From assembly GCA_963707025.1 (NCBI GenBank), contig CAVPOM010000017.1, forward strand, positions 96,001-160,000: a stretch of DNA of 64,000 bases. The letters run 5' to 3'. The translations under genes were made by a program, and so were the position numbers. This document shows positions 42,091 through 53,405 of the stretch, in pieces. Below the pieces are notes generated by a model. It was not told the DNA's origin. It searched no databases and saw only the letters and a program-made list of their open reading frames with translations. Source of the stretch: an uncultured Verrucomicrobiae bacterium (GTDB lineage Bacteria; Verrucomicrobiota; Verrucomicrobiia; Limisphaerales; Palsa-1400). The first letter of the stretch is position 1. Each line of letters begins with the position of its first letter.

Positions 42091-42506
42091 ATGCGGGCCG
42101 TTCCCGGCGGCCGGTTTTCGCGGCGAATGCGGCCAAAACGGGGCACGCCGCCCGCGAAGGCATCCGCCGGATTGGCCGGATTGGACCGGGCTGACGTTTC
42201 TCCTGAGGAGCGTCTGTCATGGAGGAAGAATATGACTTAACAACGAAGGTGTCAAGAGGTAAATTACGCGGGCCGCAATGCGTCCGCGATGGCTGGACCG
42301 GGAAAGCCGCGAAATAACCGCCTCAAAAACCTGACTTTGGGTGGTTGGGATTCATGGGTCTTGCCAGGGAAAACTTTGCGCGTTTGGTGGTGTTTAAAAT
42401 AATGCCGCCTGACAAATTCTGGAACCAACGCCGGGTGGGCGGCCGCCGAAGTTCCCGGATGCATTTGCGCATTTACAATTTGCCCCGCCCCTCGGCGGAG
42501 GCGTAA

Positions 42507-44954
<2,448 letters not shown>

Positions 44955-45058
44955 AAGCGCGCAGCATGCCATGAGCCTGTGAGATAGTGCATGCAATTTC
45001 AGGGTGGCGGTGTTACTGTATGGGTGTGTCGAGTCCATTCGTACGACAATCTGAGGGT

Positions 45059-45404
45059 GTGCCAAAAACTGTGATAGGTCGAAAACTGAGAGCGCTGATG
45101 AGCAAAGGCGCCGACGCCGCGGGGGCGTCGCCGCTGCCCTCGCCCCCGGACCAGGCCTCCGGGCCCGGGCATGCGTTCGCTATTTCGCGGCCATCCGCCC
45201 TCTTCGCCTCCGCGGCACTCGCGCGTTCCCCGGTGGTATTTGTTTGGAGCGGACTTGCTGCTGGTGGCGACGGCCCTGATGGTGATGTATAAAAGCCCCG
45301 CTCCGCTCTCGGGCAACGAGAAGTTTTTCGGGGCGGTGGCGGTGGTGCTGGGGGCCAGTTTGGCCCTGATGGCGATTTGCATGAGGGACCCCAAGGACCT
45401 GTGA
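45059..45404 (+). CDS. Small two-TM membrane protein, probable frameshift near 45170
   Basis: GTG-PKTVIGRKLRALM...SGPG joins MRSLFRG...PRWYLFGADLLLV...(2 TMs) if one base is removed. Confidence 0.5.
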
Positions 45405-45582
45405 CCGGTTTCTTGCGTGCGGATTGAACATGCTGGTGCCAGGGCGTCTGTATATCACCGGGCATCTGCCTGCCAAGGAAGACCCGTCCGCGCCCGGCGG
45501 GCCGCAACTCCCCCGCCGCCACGACCTGCCCTGAGTTTGAGGACGCCGGCTCACCGGGGGATCTGACCTGCGAGAGAACCGG
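45405..45582 (+). ncRNA. Candidate 178-nt rod-shaped RNA with central bubble (6S RNA-like)
   Basis: Nested pairings CCGGTT/AACCGG, TCTTGCG/TGCGAGA, CGGATT/GATCTG, CTGGTG/CACCGG, GGCGTC/GACGCC; bubble 45449-45459 vs 45532-45541; then GGGCA/TGCCC. Strand uncertain. Confidence 0.4.
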
Positions 45583-45606
45583 AGAAGAAACCCCGGCAAC
45601 AATCTT

Positions 45607-46604
45607 ATGAGTGATTTTGAATTCACTTGCCCGGAGTGCGACCAGAAAATCTCAGGTGACACCAGTTGCAGCGGCACGCTGATCCATTGTCCCGCCTGCC
45701 GGAAGCCGCTGGCCGTTCCGGCGGCGCCCTTGGAAAGGAAGAAGGAGGAAGGGACAAGGATGCATGATGGCGGCACGGGGAAGGCGGCGGCGGCAGCAGG
45801 GGCCGGGCCGGCGGAAAAATCGCCGCCGGGGCCGAAGCCGTCGCTTTGGGAGTTAGCCTCAGCCGCGCCGGGGGCGGAGGCAGGGACGGCAGCGGCGGGG
45901 CCGCCGGCGACGGGTTATTCGATGTTGGCGATGGCGTCGTTGTTTTGCTCGGCGTGGGTCGTGCTGGGGTTCATTCCGGGAATCCTGTGCGGACATCTGG
46001 CGCGGGCGAAGCTGCGGAGCAATCCGCTGTTGAAGGGAAAGGAGACGGCGACGGCGGGGCTGGCGATCAGCTATGCGGTGCTGGGGCTGGTTTTGGCGGT
46101 GTTCGGGACGTTGATCCTGGTCCAACTGCATGACAAACCGATCTATGTGGTGCGGGAATCGCCGGCGGATCTGAAGGAGTTGCAGGGGCGGATTGTGGAC
46201 GAGGTGAAACCCGGCTGGCGTTGGCCGGCGGCAATGAGAACGAGCACCGTCTCCAGGCCCGGGGCGCCTCGCGCAGCGGGACATTTTTCTCCCAATACAT
46301 GCGGCAGGCCGAAAGTGGGGGAGGGTTCGCTTATGAAATGAGGGTCATGCCCGGGACGGCGATGAGCGTGAACTGCCGTTATTGGGGCGGCGAGAGGGAG
46401 GGCCACCTCTTTGATATCATCGTGGATAATGAGATCATTGGCACGCAGGAACTGAACGGGAACATGCCCGGCCATTATTTCGACGCGGAGTACAGAGTCC
46501 CAACCAGCCTGACCCAGGGAAAGAGCCGGGTCACGGTGGAATTCCAGGCGCGCGAGGGGATGACGGCGGGGGGCATCTTTGCGGTGGAGACGCTGAGGCG
46601 CTGA
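45607..46604 (+). CDS. Zn-ribbon + DUF4190-like 2-TM + C-terminal beta-rich (DUF6805-like) protein, copy 1; frameshift near 46217
   Basis: CPEC...CPAC, LAMASLFC...GILCGHLA...GKETATAGLAISY, YWGGE..FDIIVD..PGHYFDAEY..VTVEFQA. Confidence 0.75.
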
Positions 46605-46719
46605 ATCTTGTCAAGCATCAAAATGCCGGGGCCTCCGCCGGGGGCGGCGGCATTTCGCCTGTTTTGGCGCTTCTCTGACCCGGGCAGGGTTTAAGCGATG
46701 CAAAGGATTGAAAACTGGC

Positions 46720-46796
46720 GATGGAGAATTGGTCATTTGTCATTTACAACGTCTGCCGATAACCAATAACAAATCTGCCATGACCAATTCTCCATC
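46720..46796. repeat. Heptamer-built palindromic element, copy B
   Basis: Perfect 17-bp inverted repeat GATGGAGAATTGGTCAT / ATGACCAATTCTCCATC. Confidence 0.8.
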
Positions 46797-46944
46797 CCGA
46801 AGGCCCCAAGCATAAACTCTTTGCTTGGCCGGCGGTGCTGACCCGAAAAAGTGGCCTGCAACCGCCGCCGGGGAAAGCAGGCCGGCGCCCGGCAGGAGCG
46901 AATTAATTTTGAATTTAATTGACACTGGGAGTGTCCAACCAAAC

Positions 46945-47838
46945 ATGAAGACCCGCCGGGCGTTTACCTTGATTGAACTGCTGGTCGTGATCGCCATCAT
47001 GGCGATTCTGGCGTCGCTGCTCTTGCCCGCCCTGTCCAAAGCCAAAGGCAAAGCCCAAGGCACCTCCTGCTTGAGCAACGGCAAGGAAATGATGCTGGCG
47101 ATGTCCATGTATTGCAACGACAACCACGATTTTTATCCGCCCAACCCGGACGACGGGAACACGATTCCCGGCCATAATTGGTGTTCCGGGCAGGCGGGAA
47201 TTGGACAGGAGGAGGAATTCGATCCAGATGTGCTGCTGGACCAGACGCGCTCGCTGCTAATCGCGGATCTGTCGGGCAATGCCAAGGTGTTTCGATGTCC
47301 CTCCGACCTGCGCCAGGGGACCTATCAGGGAACCAACCCGGAGATGCTGGGCAAGACGGTCCCCGTCGCGCGGACTTTTTCCATGAGCCAGGCCGTGGGC
47401 ACGATTTGCCCAAGTTTCGACGCGACCGGCCCGGGCGGCCAGCCGGGGATTAGACACAGCGGCGCGCCCACTCTGTCAGTCAACGGTCCGTGGTTGAACA
47501 GCCAGGATAGTCATCGGCGCAATTCGCCGTGGCTGACTTACGGCAAGGCCTCGCAGATTGCAGCGCCCGGCCCGGCGATGTTGTGGGTGCTGGTGGACGA
47601 GGATCCACGAGGGCTGAACGACGCGGCTTTTGCTTTCGGAATGCAGACGCCGGAATGGGTTGACATGCCCGGTTATTACCACAACGGCGGGTGCGGTTTT
47701 GCCTTTGCCGACGGGCATTCGGAAACCCATCAATGGCTTGGCCCGGTCCCGAAGACCGGGCCGAGAGGTTTCATCACGGATGCAAAGGACCAATTGGACT
47801 GGTCCTGGATGCAACAGCGGACTTCGGCGCGGAACTGA
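46945..47838 (+). CDS. Prepilin-type N-terminal cleavage/methylation protein with H-X9-DG motif
   Basis: [53 protein letters not shown]. Confidence 0.92.
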   Translation: MKTRRAFTLIELLVVIAIMAILASLLLPALSKAKGKAQGTSCLSNGKEMMLAMSMYCNDNHDFYPPNPDDGNTIPGHNWCSGQAGIGQEEEFDPDVLLDQTRSLLIADLSGNAKVFRCPSDLRQGTYQGTNPEMLGKTVPVARTFSMSQAVGTICPSFDATGPGGQPGIRHSGAPTLSVNGPWLNSQDSHRRNSPWLTYGKASQIAAPGPAMLWVLVDEDPRGLNDAAFAFGMQTPEWVDMPGYYHNGGCGFAFADGHSETHQWLGPVPKTGPRGFITDAKDQLDWSWMQQRTSARN

Positions 47839-47888
47839 ACCGCGACCGGCCTGTCTATGAACCAACCAACACCCTGGGCAACCATCCA

Positions 47889-48947
47889 ATGAGTGATTTT
47901 ACTTTCGGCTGCCCGGAGTGCGGCCAGAAAATCTCCTGTGACGGCAGTTACGGCGGCACGCAGATCACCTGTCCCACCTGCCGGCAGCCGTTGACCGTTC
48001 CAGCGCCGGCTCCGGCGGCGGGGCCGGTCACGCCGCCGGCAGTTGTCCCGTTGGGTGCAACGGCCGTCCCGGCGCAGGGCGCGGCCCCGCTCCCGGCGCG
48101 GAGCGCTGACCCAACCGGTCCTCCGCCTCCGCCCGGCGCGCCCGCCGGGCCGGCGGAAAAATCGCCGCCGGGGCCGAAGCCGTCGCTTTGGGAGTTGGCC
48201 TCAGCCCCGCCGGCGGCGGAGGCAGGGACGGCGGCGGCGGGGACGCCGGCGACAGGTAATTCGATATTGGCGATGGCGTCGTTGTTTTGCTCGGCGTGGG
48301 TCGTGCTGGGGTTCATTCCGGGAATCCTGTGCGGACATCTGGCGCGGGCGAAGATGCGGAAGAATCCGCTGTTGAAGGGAAAGGAGATGGCCACGGCGGG
48401 CCTGGCGATCAGTTATGCGATGCTGGGGCTGGTTTTGGCGATTTTCGGGCCGTTCCTGCTGATGCACCAGTTGTATAAACCGGTCGTAGTGGAGCGGACA
48501 ACACCGGCGCAACTGAAGGCGTTGCAGCCCCGGATTGTGGACGAGGTTGAAGCTCGGCCGGCCGCGGCGGGCGGGAATGAGACGGAGCACCATCTGTTGA
48601 CGCGGGGATTTGCGCGGAACGGCGCCTTTGCGCACAACTATTGGCGGGAGGCCTATTCCGGGGGAGCCTTCAGCTATGCGATGAAAGTCCTGCCCGACGC
48701 GGCGATGAGCGTGAACTGCCGTTATTATGGCACGGAGCAGACCTTGCGCATCTTTGACGTCATCGTGGAGGATGAGATCATTGGCACGCAGCAATTGTGC
48801 ATGAACAACCCCGGGCATTATTTCGACGTGGAATATAAGATTCCGCCCGGGGTGACCAAAGGAAAGAGCAAGGTCACGGTGGAGTTGATGGCGCACGGCG
48901 GGATGACGGCGGGCAGGATGTTTGCCATCGAAACGCTGCGGCGCTGA
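47889..48947 (+). CDS. Zn-ribbon + DUF4190-like + DUF6805-like protein, copy 2 (intact)
   Basis: MSDFTFGCPECGQ...CPTC; long near-identical stretches shared with 45607-46604; both end ...ETLRR*. Confidence 0.78.
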   Translation: MSDFTFGCPECGQKISCDGSYGGTQITCPTCRQPLTVPAPAPAAGPVTPPAVVPLGATAVPAQGAAPLPARSADPTGPPPPPGAPAGPAEKSPPGPKPSLWELASAPPAAEAGTAAAGTPATGNSILAMASLFCSAWVVLGFIPGILCGHLARAKMRKNPLLKGKEMATAGLAISYAMLGLVLAIFGPFLLMHQLYKPVVVERTTPAQLKALQPRIVDEVEARPAAAGGNETEHHLLTRGFARNGAFAHNYWREAYSGGAFSYAMKVLPDAAMSVNCRYYGTEQTLRIFDVIVEDEIIGTQQLCMNNPGHYFDVEYKIPPGVTKGKSKVTVELMAHGGMTAGRMFAIETLRR

Positions 48948-48954
48948 ACGGGGG

Positions 48955-49146
48955 GAATGGTGAATGGTGAATGGTGAATGGTGAATGGTGAATGGTGAAT
49001 TGGTGAATGGTGAATTGGTGATTGAGAATCTCACATTTGTCATCTGAGTAGTGTCGGCCTGAAGCCCAGGGCGCTCTTCGCCCGATGGTGGCAGTCTGCG
49101 GCTCTTCCAATGACTAATTACAAATTCTCAATGACCAATTCTCAAC
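48955..49146. repeat. (TGAATGG)n tract plus heptamer-built palindromic element, copy C
   Basis: About 9 heptamer units, then GAATTGGTGATTGAGAAT / ATTCTCAATGACCAATTC (17/18 complementary). Confidence 0.8.
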
Positions 49147-49203
49147 TGAGACATCCGAAATGTTGAAGAATTGCCCTGTCAACTCGATTTACCAAACAGA
49201 ATT

Positions 49204-51210
49204 ATGAAGAGATTTCACACATGGATTTTGGTTTTGGGCGCGGTCCTGGTTTCCAGCCTGGTCTGCCAGGGACAAGGAGGGGGCGGGGGTGGATTCGGGG
49301 TGGCCAATCCGAATGCCGGGCCGGCGCTGACGATCACAGGGACGGTGTTCGACCCGTCCGGCGCGCCGGCGCCCGGAGTGTTGTTGTTGCTGGCGCCGCC
49401 AACCGCCGGCCAAAACGCGCCCATCAAAAGCGACGCCAATGGAAAATACACGCTCAACTGGCAAGCCCGGCAGGGGACCGGCGGCTTGGTCACGGCCAGC
49501 GAGTATTCGCTGTTCGCGCGCGACTTGGAGCACAATGTCGTGGCCAGCCATGCGGTGGATGCCACGACCACCAGCCTGGACCTGCGCCTGCAACCGGGGC
49601 TGGCCATCTCCACCAAAGTTCAGGACGTTAATGGCAAACCGATCTCCAGCGCCACCGCCAACCTGATTATTTTTTTGGGGGCCAACGGCATCGGGTTTTC
49701 GATCACCAGGCCGCCCGTCAAAGCCGATGAAACCGGCCGGGTCCAAATCGCCGCGCTGCCGCAAGGTTACTCCTACAACCTGGCCGTCAGCGCGCCTGGT
49801 TACGGGGTGGGCCGAACCCCGATGATCGAAGCGGCGGACACGCAAACCAACCGCTTGGAACTGCCCGCCGTGGTGCTCAGATTGGCCAACCTCAAACTCG
49901 CGGGCCAGGTGTTGGGCGCGGACGGACAACCGGCCGCCGCCGCGCGCATCACCATCGCAGGGCAGGGACAACCGTCCACCAACACCCAAACCGATGCCAC
50001 AGGACATTTCGCCCTCACTCTGTGCGAAGGGGCGGTCAGCGTTACGGCCAGCCTGCAAGGCGCGGCGGGCCGCGCCCAAACCGTGGGCGGGGATACCAAT
50101 GTGATCATCCGGCTGGGTAATAACAATCCCCAGGCTGGCATGAACATCGCCTTGCCGGGGCCTGCTCGCGGAGGATTCGCCGCCCCCGGCCGACTGACGA
50201 TTACCGGCACGGTGTTTGATCCCTCCGGCGCGCCCGCGCCAGGGGTGGCGATGTCGGTGACGCCGGGGGCCGGCCTCCTGCAAGACGCGAGGAGCGATGC
50301 CGGCGGCAAATTTACAGTTTCCTGGACGCCCATAAACTTCGTGGGAGGGGGCCGGAGTCCGACGGTCCAGTATTTGCTAATGGGGCGCGATTTGGAGCGC
50401 AATTTTGCCGCCACCGCCGGAATTGACGAGCAGACCACGAGCATGGACCTTCACCTGCAAGGAGGACTCACCTTGTCGGGCACGGTGCAGGACAACAGCG
50501 GCGCGCCGGTGAGAACCGCGACGCTGCGGCTCATCATGATGACCCCGCCGATGAGTTCCCAGTTCAACCGGCAACCGGGCACGGTGGATGAGCAAGGGGC
50601 CTTCACCATGGGCGCGTTGCCGCAGGGACAAGCTTACAACTTGAATGTGAGCGCGCCCGGCTTCGGCTCCGCCAGCACGCCGGTCGCGGCCAATCAGACG
50701 CAAACGGCCAGCCTGCAATTGCCACCCATCAAGCTCAATCCGGCGGACCAAAGACTGGAGGGACAGGTGGTGGGGCCGGATGACCAGCCGGTGCCGGGGG
50801 CGATGGTGCGAGTGATGGGGGTGGGCCAGCCCAACGACAGCACGCGCTCGGATGCCAGCGGGCATTTTGCCTTGCAGGTGTGCGAGGGATCGCTCCGCGT
50901 TTATGCCAACGTGCCGGCCAACACGGTCAACGGCCAGCTCGGCTCCGCCATGGTCCAGGCCCAGGCCGGCGACTTGAATGTCGTCGTCAAGCTGGGCGCG
51001 CGCCAGGCGGCGCCAGGCGGCTTCGGGATGGCGCCCCAGGCTCCCGCGCGGCTGACTCCGTTAAAAGAACAAAGCTGGACCTGGACCGCCCTGGGGCATT
51101 GGCCGCAACGGCACCGGGTGGCGGTGATCGTTCTGCTTTCCTTGCAGTTGACAGCCATGCTGGGCGCGGCGGGCGCCATTCTGTGGCTGACGCGCCGGCG
51201 GCAGAATTAG
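49204..51210 (+). CDS. Exported carboxypeptidase-regulatory-like (Ig-fold) repeat protein with C-terminal TM anchor
   Basis: Signal peptide; LTITGTVFDPSGAPAPGV occurs twice; GQV.G.D.QP and D..GHF.L..CEG repeated; ends TM + RRRQN. Confidence 0.8.
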   Translation: MKRFHTWILVLGAVLVSSLVCQGQGGGGGGFGVANPNAGPALTITGTVFDPSGAPAPGVLLLLAPPTAGQNAPIKSDANGKYTLNWQARQGTGGLVTASEYSLFARDLEHNVVASHAVDATTTSLDLRLQPGLAISTKVQDVNGKPISSATANLIIFLGANGIGFSITRPPVKADETGRVQIAALPQGYSYNLAVSAPGYGVGRTPMIEAADTQTNRLELPAVVLRLANLKLAGQVLGADGQPAAAARITIAGQGQPSTNTQTDATGHFALTLCEGAVSVTASLQGAAGRAQTVGGDTNVIIRLGNNNPQAGMNIALPGPARGGFAAPGRLTITGTVFDPSGAPAPGVAMSVTPGAGLLQDARSDAGGKFTVSWTPINFVGGGRSPTVQYLLMGRDLERNFAATAGIDEQTTSMDLHLQGGLTLSGTVQDNSGAPVRTATLRLIMMTPPMSSQFNRQPGTVDEQGAFTMGALPQGQAYNLNVSAPGFGSASTPVAANQTQTASLQLPPIKLNPADQRLEGQVVGPDDQPVPGAMVRVMGVGQPNDSTRSDASGHFALQVCEGSLRVYANVPANTVNGQLGSAMVQAQAGDLNVVVKLGARQAAPGGFGMAPQAPARLTPLKEQSWTWTALGHWPQRHRVAVIVLLSLQLTAMLGAAGAILWLTRRRQN

Positions 51211-51285
51211 AGACCTCTGCAAAACGCCTGCAGCGGCGGTCTTTGCCCGCCGCCGCAATCGTGGAAGCCGTTTTGCAGAGGTCTC
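51210..51285. mobile_element. 76-bp MITE-like element, 17-bp perfect TIRs, 5-bp AATTA flanking direct repeat
   Basis: AATTA|GAGACCTCTGCAAAACG...CGTTTTGCAGAGGTCTC|AATTA. Confidence 0.8.
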
Positions 51286-51421
51286 AATTAGTAATACTTG
51301 ACTGGTTCCAGGTTCGCGGGAATGGCGCAGGAGGAGAGTGCGATGATGATAGAGCGGCAGAATCAGGGCGGGACAGAATCATCAAAAGGAAAACGCGGAG
51401 GAAAGCCACGGCATCGCCGGG

Positions 51422-51450
51422 TTGACATGGGGCGGCAAGGGGGTTACAAC
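51422..51450 (+). promoter_or_regulatory. Putative sigma70 promoter of the MoxR operon
   Basis: TTGACA-17 bp-TACAAC; AGGAG RBS before ATG 51480. Confidence 0.55.
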
Positions 51451-51479
51451 CATCTTACACCCAAAACAGGAGTCCACGC

Positions 51480-52494
51480 ATGAATCCAAATGAATTGCAG
51501 GAGGCGGAAGCCGACGTGGCACGTCTTCGGGAATGCTGCCAATCCCTCCAAAAACAAATGGGCACGGTCCTGATCGGCCAAAGCGAAGTGGTGCGGCTGC
51601 TGCTGACCGGGCTGCTCTCCGGCGGCCACATGCTGGTCATCGGCGTGCCCGGCCTGGCCAAGACCATGATGGTCAAGGCCCTGGCCGATTTGCTGGGCTG
51701 GGATTTCCGCCGCATCCAGTTCACGCCGGACCTGATGCCGGCGGACATCACCGGCACGGAGATTCTGCAGAGCGATGAGAGCGGGCGGCGGCGCGACCTG
51801 ATTTTTCATCGCGGCCCGGTTTTCGCCAACCTGATTCTGGCGGATGAAATCAACCGCACGCCGCCCAAAACGCAGGCGGCCTTGCTGGAAGCGATGCAGG
51901 AACTGGCGGTGACGGTCAACGGCAAGACTTACCGGCTGGAGGCGCCGTTCATTGTCGTGGCCACGCAGAATCCGATTGAGCAGGAGGGGACCTATCCGTT
52001 GCCGGAGGCGCAACTGGACCGGTTCATGTTCAGCATCCAGGTGGATTATCCGTCGCAGGCCGACGAGGTGGAGATCGCCGGCCGTTCCTTGCGCGCCAAG
52101 TGGGACGGATTCGCCCCGCTGGCCAAGAAGGAGGATTTCCGCAAGTTCACCCAAATTGTGGACCAGATGCCGGCGTCGCGTCCCTTCCTGGAGCAGGCGG
52201 TGGCGCTGACCACGGCCAGCCGGCCCAAGGGCGCTGGGGCCGATGACTATGTGCGCCGTTATGTGGCCTGGGGCGCCGGCCCGCGCGCCAGCCAGCATTT
52301 GGTCACGGCCGCCAAGGCCTCGGCCCTGCTGGACGGACGGCCCACGCCGGAAGCGGGCGATCTGCAACGCATGGCCGCCCCGGTGCTGCGCCACCGCATC
52401 ATCCCCAATTACAACGCGCTGGGGGAAGGGATCGAAAGCGACGCCATTGTCAAACATTTGCTTGCCACCGCCCGGCCGCCCGCCGGCGGGCTGA
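51480..52494 (+). CDS. moxR: MoxR-family AAA+ ATPase (reads in frame into the DUF58 gene as sequenced)
   Basis: GVPGLAKT, RIQFTPDLMPADITG, LADEINRTPPKTQAALLEAMQE, ATQNPIEQEGTYPLPEAQLDRF. Confidence 0.95.
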
Positions 52495-52499
52495 AGGTT

Positions 52500-53405
52500 G
52501 TGGCCATCCTGCAACATCGTTACCTGGACCTCGCCGCGATGGAGGCGTTGCGCCAGGTGCGCCTGCAGCCGCGCGGGGCGGCGGAAGGCACTTTCGCCGG
52601 ACCGCACAAATCGCATTTTCGCGGCACGGCGGTGGAGTTTGCCGATTACCGCGAGTACTCCGAGGGCGACGACATCCGGCTGGTGGACTGGAAAGTGTTC
52701 GCGCGGACCGACCGGCATTACGTGCGCCTCTACGATGCGGAGCGCAATCTGCTCACCTACCTGGTGGTGGACAAAAGCGGCTCGATGGAATTCGAGGGGG
52801 CGGTCCTCCGCACGCCCTCGAAATTGGAACACGCGGCGCGCCTGGCGGCGGCCCTGGGCTATCTGGTCTTGCGGGAGGGGGACGAAGCGGGCCTGTCACT
52901 GGCCGACGACCGCCTGCACAGCCATCTGCCCGCCGCCGCCTCCTGGGCGCAGATGAACCGCATGCTCGACCAATTGGGCAAGGCCCGCGCCCAGGGACGG
53001 ACCGACCTGGGGGCCTGCCTGGAGCAGGTTTTCAAACAGACCCGGCGCCGCGGCATTCTGGCGGTCTTCAGCGATTTTCTGGGTACGGACGCGCGTTTTT
53101 GGAAGGCGGTGGATTTGTTCCGGCGCTCGCGTTTTGACGTGATGCTGTTTCAAGTGGCCCATCCGGAGGAACTGGAATTGCCGGAGGTGATGTCCGCCCG
53201 GTTTGTGGAGACGGAAGGAACGGGCCATTTCAACGCGGAACCGGAGGTGGTGCGGTCGCTTTACCGCCGCCGGTTTGAGGCGTTTCTTTCGGAAATCAAG
53301 GCCAACTGTCAGGCGCGCGGGAGCGACTGGTATCTGACCAGAACCTCGGATGATCCCTGCCATTTTCTGCGCAACTGCTTTCTGGCCCGCGAGAAATCAA
53401 GATGA
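52500..53405 (+). CDS. DUF58-family vWA-like protein
   Basis: GPHKS..GTAVEFADYREYSEGDDIRLVDWKVFAR, VDKSGSM, FSDF; GTG at 52500. Confidence 0.9.
   Translation: MAILQHRYLDLAAMEALRQVRLQPRGAAEGTFAGPHKSHFRGTAVEFADYREYSEGDDIRLVDWKVFARTDRHYVRLYDAERNLLTYLVVDKSGSMEFEGAVLRTPSKLEHAARLAAALGYLVLREGDEAGLSLADDRLHSHLPAAASWAQMNRMLDQLGKARAQGRTDLGACLEQVFKQTRRRGILAVFSDFLGTDARFWKAVDLFRRSRFDVMLFQVAHPEELELPEVMSARFVETEGTGHFNAEPEVVRSLYRRRFEAFLSEIKANCQARGSDWYLTRTSDDPCHFLRNCFLAREKSR

Noticed and set aside
45465..45490. AAGGAAG as an SRP (4.5S) RNA domain IV motif
   Set aside because: Lacks the CAGG...GGAA...AGCAG symmetric-loop context.
48955..49020. Tandem repeats as a possible CRISPR array (also 12390-12497 and 42031-42090)
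   Set aside because: Units are 7-14 bp with no unique spacers, and no cas genes are present.
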